IMG/VR virus record: IMGVR_UViG_3300037466_002099
DNA: 64,000 nt
DNA from: an uncultured virus (IMG/VR IMGVR_UViG_3300037466_002099)
Lineage: Duplodnaviria; Heunggongvirae; Uroviricota; Caudoviricetes
Direction: 5' to 3' (one strand)
Shown here: positions 57,928 through 64,000 of the stretch, one piece after another
How the letters are laid out: each line of letters begins with the position of its first letter
Position numbering within the stretch: the stretch's first letter is position 1
Translations under genes and position numbers: made by a program
The notes under the pieces: generated by a model
What the model was told of the DNA's origin: nothing
Databases searched by the model: none
The model's input: only the letters and a program-made list of their open reading frames with translations

Positions 57928-59109
57928 ATGCCCCTGCTAATCGACATCGAAGAGCTCACCGATGAGCAAACCGACCGCGCGCTTGACGAGCTGTGCAAGG
58001 CCACGCATGAGGGCGGCGACGACGGCTCGATATGGGATCCGGTCGACAGCCCGTTCATCCGCCGGCTGGTAGAGCTATTCACCAAGCGCGGCCTGTGGCG
58101 CCTCTCGACCCTTCAAACCGAGCTCGTCAAATGGCTCGACGGCCGGCACCACACAGGCGGCACGCCGCCGGAGCGGCCGGAAGGCTCCATGTACCGCTGG
58201 ACGCCGGGCGAGCTGCAGCTTGTGAAGCTGTACCTCGAGACGCTACCGCCGGAGCAATTCACGCTCGACGACCACATGATGCTGGTCGACTACCTTGTGC
58301 AGCGGTACCTGCCGGAAGACGACCTGCGCAGCGAAGCCGAGTGGCTGGCCGTGCGCGCAACGCTCATGGGGCGCGTGCAGGCGAACATGGAGAAGCTGAC
58401 CGCCAAGCAGGCCGATAAGGTGCTGGCCGCGCTGCCGGTCACGGTCAAGCAGGCTGAGCACGTCTTCCAGCTCGACCCAGTGCAGCGAAACATCATCAAC
58501 TTCGCCCGGGTGCGAGCGGCCGAGAACGTGTCGAAGCTGGCCGACGCCACGCGGCACCGCATGCGCGACATCATAGCCCAGCACGTTGAGGTGCAATACC
58601 TCAAGCAGCCGGGCGTGCCGGATTCGTCTCTACAAACCAAGTTGCAGGACGAGTTCCTGTCGCTGAATCGAGACTGGCGGCGCATCGCCGTCACCGAGGC
58701 GGTCGAGGCGTCGAACCAGGGTTTTATCGCGAGCCAAAAGCCGGGCTCCAAGGTGAAGCGGATCGAGCAGTACAAGGGTGCTTGCCCATTCTGCCGAAAG
58801 ATCGACGGCATGGTGCTCGAGGTTGTGCCGGCCAGTCAGCCATACAAGAACGATTGGACGATGGTATGGACTGGAAAAACGAACGTCGGCCGCTCGGCTG
58901 CGCCGCGCCGTCGCCAGGGTGGTCTGCTGATCGCCCGCGAGCCGGAGGAGATGTGGGCGCCGGCTGCCGGCGCGCAGCATCCGCACTGCCGGGGCCGCTG
59001 GCTGCCGACGATCGAGGGCGAGCCCGGCGACGACAAGGAATTTGGTGACTGGCTGCGCGCCACATTGGGAGGGAAATCAAATGGCACAGATATCGAAGAA
59101 ACTGCGTAA
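57928..59109 (+). CDS. Head morphogenesis protein (MuF/SPP1 gp7-like)
   Basis: RDWRRIAVTE...A.N.G, CPFC and HPHCRG motifs. Confidence 0.85.
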   Translation: MPLLIDIEELTDEQTDRALDELCKATHEGGDDGSIWDPVDSPFIRRLVELFTKRGLWRLSTLQTELVKWLDGRHHTGGTPPERPEGSMYRWTPGELQLVKLYLETLPPEQFTLDDHMMLVDYLVQRYLPEDDLRSEAEWLAVRATLMGRVQANMEKLTAKQADKVLAALPVTVKQAEHVFQLDPVQRNIINFARVRAAENVSKLADATRHRMRDIIAQHVEVQYLKQPGVPDSSLQTKLQDEFLSLNRDWRRIAVTEAVEASNQGFIASQKPGSKVKRIEQYKGACPFCRKIDGMVLEVVPASQPYKNDWTMVWTGKTNVGRSAAPRRRQGGLLIAREPEEMWAPAAGAQHPHCRGRWLPTIEGEPGDDKEFGDWLRATLGGKSNGTDIEETA

Positions 59110-59476
59110 CTGGAAGGGCGACGGGCGAGAGGGCTATCAGTTCTGGTGCCCTGGCTGCAAAACGCCGCACAGTGTTCAAACGAGCGAGGGCGGCTGGGGA
59201 TTTGACGGAAATGTCGACCTGCCGACCTTTACGCCGTCGATTCTCGTGCAAACCGGGCACCATATTCCGACGCATGCTGATAACGTGTGTTGGTGCACAT
59301 ACAACAAGAAGAATCCAGATAACCCGGCGCCGTTCACTTGCCGGGTGTGCCATTCGTTCGTGACGAACGGTCGCATTCAATTTTGCCATGACAGCACCCA
59401 CGAGCTCGCCGGGCAGACAGTGGACTTGCCCGACTGGCCGACGAGATATGAGCATGAAGACACTGCTGCTGATTAA
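59081..59476 (+). CDS. Cys/His-rich protein (DUF6527-like)
   Basis: FWCPGC..H, W.FDGN...PTF.PSIL and CHSFV..G.IQFC.DSTH.LAG. Confidence 0.7.
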   Translation: MAQISKKLRNWKGDGREGYQFWCPGCKTPHSVQTSEGGWGFDGNVDLPTFTPSILVQTGHHIPTHADNVCWCTYNKKNPDNPAPFTCRVCHSFVTNGRIQFCHDSTHELAGQTVDLPDWPTRYEHEDTAAD

Positions 59477-60035
59477 GGCGCATCCAGCCATCCAAGCCGC
59501 CACGCGCGCCGCGAAGCCTGCCGAGCTCAACGAGGGCGATATCCGCCGCAATCCTGGCGAGCCGTCGCGCGAGCAGGCCGAAGCCGGCAGCTACAACAAA
59601 CCGCGAGTCAAATGGCAGGGACTCACGATCGCGATCGAGAACCCGGCCGGGTCCGTCCGTCGCGGCACCAACCGCCACGGGCAGAGCTGGGAAATCCGGA
59701 TGCCATATGATTATGGCGAAGTCGTTGGCTCGATGGGCGTCGACGGCGACCCGGTGGACGTGTTCCTGGGGCCCAACCTCGAGGCTCCAATGGTGTATGT
59801 GGTCCACCAGCGCAAGGTCAATCGCTGGGACGAGTACGACGAGGACAAGTGCATGGTCGGTTTCGATAGCGAGGAGGATGCACGGGCCGCGTTCCTGGCC
59901 TGCTACAACGACCCGCGCTTTCTCGGCCCGATAACCGCCATGCCGGTCGACGAGTTCGTGCGCAAGGTGCGCGCGACACGCGACCGGCCGGCAATGATCA
60001 AGGCGCTGGTGCTGTTTGTCAGAAAAAGTCGATAA
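59448..60035 (+). CDS. Inorganic-pyrophosphatase-like domain protein of phage polyvalent proteins
   Basis: G.Y.K......GL.I.IENP.GS.R.G, DYG, G.DGD.VDVFLG and DEDK.M.GF. Confidence 0.75.
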   Translation: MSMKTLLLIKAHPAIQAATRAAKPAELNEGDIRRNPGEPSREQAEAGSYNKPRVKWQGLTIAIENPAGSVRRGTNRHGQSWEIRMPYDYGEVVGSMGVDGDPVDVFLGPNLEAPMVYVVHQRKVNRWDEYDEDKCMVGFDSEEDARAAFLACYNDPRFLGPITAMPVDEFVRKVRATRDRPAMIKALVLFVRKSR

Positions 60036-60954
60036 AGTCTATCCAGTCGAGCGCGTCGAAGATGGCGGTACCGATAAAAATCAGCGACGCAAGAATTTTC
60101 ACACGATACGATGCCGGTGTCGCGCCCGTCTCCCGCTTGAACACGGTCGTAAAATGGCTTTGGCTGGAAAATCCGCAGTCGTAAGCGATAATCGCGAGCG
60201 ACACGCGCGAGTCCCGTAGCAATTTCTTCGCGCGCTCTACGCGCCGCTGCCAAACATACCTCACCGGCGTAACGTTGGCTGCCTTCCTGAATGCCCTGGC
60301 AAAATGGTACGGGCTCAGCGCAGCGATGCTCGCAAGCTCGGTCAGCCGGATTGGTCGACTGATGTTGGCTTCGACGTATTCCTTAACACGTCTTAATCTC
60401 TCTGATGATAGACCTTCCTGATAGGGTACATCTCCACGCAATGGTTCCGCGCCCAGCATTTTCATGAGCCTGACCGCCAGCGCTGTACCAATCGAATCGG
60501 TCAGTAAAGGCCATGATCGAGATCCGCCTTCGGTCGCAACATGCGTTAATGCCCGCATCAGATCAACAGCAATAGGGTCGTCAACATTTCTGAGCCAGCG
60601 GAATGACAGCTTCGAAACATCGACGGTCTCGCCTGCAGCGTTACGCAGTAGGCGATCAGAAATTCGCACATAGGTTGGAGTTACTGGCTCAGAAAACTCA
60701 GCTTGCAGCCGCATATTGGGAGGTAGGTAGTTTACTTTCTCAGGTGCCCAATTGTAGTAGTCCATTTGGTCTCCGCCGCAAGCGACCGGAACCTTTGTTG
60801 GTAACGGCGGCGACAATCCGAAAACGTGCTCGCCATCTAATAGCTGATCTACGTCCTTTATGATGCCTTGAACGACATCTATTTTCACATCTTCTGTACC
60901 GTCGTATAAGCTATCTGCCACCGAGTTGTAATTAAAGATCGAACCCTTAGCCAT
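60019..60954 (-). CDS. AraC-family transcriptional regulator (moron)
   Basis: L..LA..A.LS.YHF.RAF and IAYDCGFSSQSHFTTVFKR.TG.TP..YR; visibly AT-richer; opposite strand. Confidence 0.9.
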   Translation of the reverse strand: MAKGSIFNYNSVADSLYDGTEDVKIDVVQGIIKDVDQLLDGEHVFGLSPPLPTKVPVACGGDQMDYYNWAPEKVNYLPPNMRLQAEFSEPVTPTYVRISDRLLRNAAGETVDVSKLSFRWLRNVDDPIAVDLMRALTHVATEGGSRSWPLLTDSIGTALAVRLMKMLGAEPLRGDVPYQEGLSSERLRRVKEYVEANISRPIRLTELASIAALSPYHFARAFRKAANVTPVRYVWQRRVERAKKLLRDSRVSLAIIAYDCGFSSQSHFTTVFKRETGATPASYRVKILASLIFIGTAIFDALDWIDFIDFF

Positions 60955-61060
60955 ATTCGCACCATCTTCTTTTGTTGTTGATTTTTTCGGTTATCTCAAA
61001 GCCTTCAGGGCGGCCGCAACAGAAATTTGGTGGGTTTATATCGGGCTGAGTTCTACTAGA

Positions 61061-61075
61061 TCGTGACACGATAAT
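61061..61075 (+). promoter_or_regulatory. Late promoter TCGTGA-cac-GATAAT
   Basis: Motif copy upstream of the DarB-like gene. Confidence 0.65.
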
Positions 61076-61104
61076 CGTGAGACGCACCCTAGAGGCCGTC
61101 TCTT

Positions 61105-64000
61105 ATGCTCATTCTCTTCGCCAAATCCCAGCTAGCACTTTTCAACGCCCCTGTTCAAGTGTCTGCAACCGTTCGCAAAGATGGCACCGTTGTAAAGCCG
61201 CACATTCGTATCCAAAAAGTTGCGCTCAAGCCGCACCAGCAGGCATCGCTTTTTGGTGAGCATGTGGCGCTGGAACCAGCCAAAAAGCGCAGCAAGCTCG
61301 ACGCCTTCATCGCCAAACACGGCGGCCTGCACCGGCTGGCTTCAATGCTGGCCGGCATGACCGAGGGTCAGCAGCAGCGGATTTTCGAAGGGATGGCGAA
61401 GCTCGACGGCAAAGAGCCGGCCGAGATCGCCGCGATGTTCGATGGGCTGGCGGCGAAGGAGCCGGCCAAGGGCGAGACGGGCGATTTGTTCGCGCAACCG
61501 GCGCCTGCAGTCGAAGCAGCGCCGGCGCCGGCCGAACCTGCCGGGCCGGAGCTCGTCGAGCACGTCACCGGCAAGGGCAAGACGCTGCGCGGCGTCATCA
61601 TGCACGGCAGCAAGGAAGACGCGCAGGCGATCGACGCCTACACGTTCAAGAAGAACGGCGGCTGGTTCATCCGCGAAAAGCATTTGGTCGACGGCAAGCT
61701 GCCGAGCGCCGCCAAGGAACCCGCTGCTCAAATCGACGCAAAACAGCCGGAAACCCGCGCCAGCACTCATTCCGAGCCGCTGCCCGCCGGCCCGTTCGGC
61801 GTCCCTGCCGGCATCACCAAAACCCGCCGCCGCGAGATCAACGCGAAGGTCGTCGAGCTGGTCACGTCCGGCAAGACCGAGTTCTCCGACGAGGACCGCG
61901 CGCTGATGCGCCAGTACTCCGGCAACGGCGGCTGCGGCGACTCGCTCAATGAGTTCTATACCGACCCGGCCGTGGCGCGCGCCATGTGGGATGTGCTGGG
62001 CAAGCTGGGCGTTGCCAGCGGCACCGCGCTCGAGCCGTCGTGCGCAACCGGCGTCTTCTTGCATACTGCGCCGGCCGGCTTCAAGGTCACCGGCGTCGAG
62101 CTGGATCCGACCTCAGCCAAGTGCGCCGAGGTGCTGCACGGCGACCGCCACGAAATCATCAACGCCAGCCTGGAACGCTTCGCCACGCAAGACGGCGATC
62201 GCCAGTTCGACGTGGTGATCGGCAACGTACCGTTCGGCCTGCGCGGCTCGCTGCTCAAGGACGACAAGCCGACGCTGAAGACCGCCGAGGGCTATTTCCT
62301 CGATACCGCGCTCGACAAGACCCGCCCGGGCGGCGTGGTGGCGCTGATTGTGCCGACAGGCGTCATGGATGCCAAGTCGCAGCGCGGCCTGCGCGAGCGG
62401 CTGCTGCGAAAAGGTGAATTCCTGGGCGCGGTCCGCATGCCCAACACGGCATTCGAGCACTCCCATACCGAGGTGACGACCGATATCGTCTTTTTCCGCA
62501 AGCGGGCCGATGACGTGGCCGGCGCGCTGATGACGGTCAAACAGGGCACGCTCAAAGACCTCGGCGTGTGGGACGAGGACTATCTGTCCGGCGCTTATTT
62601 CGAGACGCGCGGTGCCGATAGCATTTTCGGCACGATGGAGGCCGGCTGGCGAGCCAAGGCCGGCATCGGCCAGGACATTACCGTCTCCGGCTCCATGCGC
62701 GGCGTGCCGGAATCGATCGCCGCCTGGACGCCGGACGAGGTGACGGCCGCGACGCCAACGGTACCGGACATCCTCGGCAAGCTGGATGAGGCCGGAAAGA
62801 AGCGAGCGCTCGGCGCCGCGCTGAAGAAGCCCTACGACACATCCAAGCCGGGTGACACCAAGGCAGTCGATGGCGTCACCTACATATTGCAGGGCAAGCC
62901 GCCGCGCTGGCACCGTATCGACGAGTTCCTGCAAGACGCGGGCATTTCCGACGCGCAGCCGATCGCCGCCGAGATCGAACGCATGTTCAACGGCCAAGCC
63001 GTCGACCGCCCGGCGCTCGAGGCGGCCGTGCGCGCGTATGTCGAAAAGCACGGCATCCCGGGCAAGAACCCGAACCTGAACCTTGCCGCCTCGCAGGACA
63101 AGACGCTGTACCGCCTGATCGGTGCCGTCAATCCGGACGGCACGATATCGGACGCGGTTGCTGGGCGCGGCGCGCGCAAGGTCGAGGGCTCGCTGGATAC
63201 GGCGGCCGTATCGCTGTCGCTCGAGCGCGATTCCGGCACGTTCTCGGTGGCCGAGCTCGCCGACCGCATCGGCAAGGATGTCGAGGAGGTCGAAGATACG
63301 CTCTTCGCCTCTCCGGCCTATGCCTATGCCGGGTCCGGCCAGTGGACCACGATGGACAATTACCTGACCGGCGAGCTGTGGCCGAAGCTGGACGCGGTGA
63401 AGGCGGAGGTGGCGCGCGGCGACCTGCGCGACGGGCTGGCCGAGAAATATGCGATGCAGGCCGCCAAGCTGGAAGAGACGATCGACCCGAAGTCGCTCGA
63501 AGATGTCGAGGTCATGCTGAACTCGGCATTCGTGCCGACCGACATCCTTGCAGCCTACTTCAACGAGCGGAAAGCCGCGTCGGACAACGACTGGGTGCGC
63601 AAGCTGCCGGACGTGAAAATCACGTTCAACGGCGGCGTCTATACCGTCGAGGGCGGAAATCAGCACGGCGAGATGAGGTTGCTCGACAAGTACCTGAACC
63701 GCACCGGCGTCAAGAAAGACGACATGCCGCAGATCGAGCAGATGAACGCCGATTTCAAGGCGTGGCTGCTGTCGTCGCGGTACCGCGATCAGGTCGAAGA
63801 ACTCTACAACCGCAAATTCCGGGGCTTCCGCCAGCGCGATTTCTCGAATGCGGCGATCGCCATCCCGGGCATGAATACCGAAGGGCTGAAGGATTACCAA
63901 TATGGCGGTCTGCGCTGGGCGCTGGCTGCCGGCAAGGGCATCATCGCCGCCGACGTGGGTCTGGGCAAAACCGTGCGCGGCCTGATGCTGGCGCGCATGG
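61105..64000 (+). CDS. DarB-like adenine methyltransferase/SNF2 helicase polyvalent protein (3'-truncated; absent from the ORF track)
   Basis: Frame open to the window end; QYSG.GG, EFYT, LEPSCATG.F, GVELD, FDVVIGNVPFG, R.PN.AF and TDI.FF.KR; helicase start KDYQ...DVGLGKT. Confidence 0.88.
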   Translation, partial: MLILFAKSQLALFNAPVQVSATVRKDGTVVKPHIRIQKVALKPHQQASLFGEHVALEPAKKRSKLDAFIAKHGGLHRLASMLAGMTEGQQQRIFEGMAKLDGKEPAEIAAMFDGLAAKEPAKGETGDLFAQPAPAVEAAPAPAEPAGPELVEHVTGKGKTLRGVIMHGSKEDAQAIDAYTFKKNGGWFIREKHLVDGKLPSAAKEPAAQIDAKQPETRASTHSEPLPAGPFGVPAGITKTRRREINAKVVELVTSGKTEFSDEDRALMRQYSGNGGCGDSLNEFYTDPAVARAMWDVLGKLGVASGTALEPSCATGVFLHTAPAGFKVTGVELDPTSAKCAEVLHGDRHEIINASLERFATQDGDRQFDVVIGNVPFGLRGSLLKDDKPTLKTAEGYFLDTALDKTRPGGVVALIVPTGVMDAKSQRGLRERLLRKGEFLGAVRMPNTAFEHSHTEVTTDIVFFRKRADDVAGALMTVKQGTLKDLGVWDEDYLSGAYFETRGADSIFGTMEAGWRAKAGIGQDITVSGSMRGVPESIAAWTPDEVTAATPTVPDILGKLDEAGKKRALGAALKKPYDTSKPGDTKAVDGVTYILQGKPPRWHRIDEFLQDAGISDAQPIAAEIERMFNGQAVDRPALEAAVRAYVEKHGIPGKNPNLNLAASQDKTLYRLIGAVNPDGTISDAVAGRGARKVEGSLDTAAVSLSLERDSGTFSVAELADRIGKDVEEVEDTLFASPAYAYAGSGQWTTMDNYLTGELWPKLDAVKAEVARGDLRDGLAEKYAMQAAKLEETIDPKSLEDVEVMLNSAFVPTDILAAYFNERKAASDNDWVRKLPDVKITFNGGVYTVEGGNQHGEMRLLDKYLNRTGVKKDDMPQIEQMNADFKAWLLSSRYRDQVEELYNRKFRGFRQRDFSNAAIAIPGMNTEGLKDYQYGGLRWALAAGKGIIAADVGLGKTVRGLMLARM

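Noticed and set aside
62113..63900. 595-aa minus-strand ORF (likewise 53964-55613, 55763-57118, 25080-26597, 15458-16825 and 17008-18120)
   Set aside because: Antisense shadows of high-GC genes that have clear motifs on the other strand

Overview
High-GC phage DNA throughout, most likely a temperate myovirus-like phage (baseplate wedge and J-like genes). The SSB sequence suggests a betaproteobacterial host (inference). Gene order: baseplate/tail fibre (1-8.4 kb), lysis with embedded Rz1 (8.4-10.4 kb), tyrosine integrase plus an intact attP carrying the 3' half of a tRNA-Arg(ACG) (10.9-12.6 kb), leftward recombination/nucleotide operon (12.6-19.9 kb), rightward replication operon with an intein-containing helicase, SSB and primase-helicase (20-28.3 kb), leftward accessory genes, an iteron/AT-rich origin-like region (33.9-34.35 kb), terminase (38.7-41.4 kb), about 12.6 kb of mostly leftward accessory genes, then portal and a head cluster ending in a truncated DarB-like methyltransferase-helicase that the ORF track misses. 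Capsid, sheath and tape-measure genes lie outside the window. Features not explained by the ORF track: (i) a 9-copy late-promoter motif TCGTGA-N3-(-10) that drives several leaderless genes and an ORF-free ~125-nt structured RNA in the head cluster; (ii) an ~830-nt array of tRNA-mimic and kissing-loop RNA modules at 51.3-52.15 kb; (iii) a ~16-copy palindromic operator with no CI gene visible; (iv) a shared hydrophobic-K-[AS] tag on candidate virion-packaged effectors (Zeta-like kinase, pyrophosphatase-like protein, DarB-like protein and a 128-aa protein). All family assignments are by motif recognition by eye; no database searches or folding programs were run.
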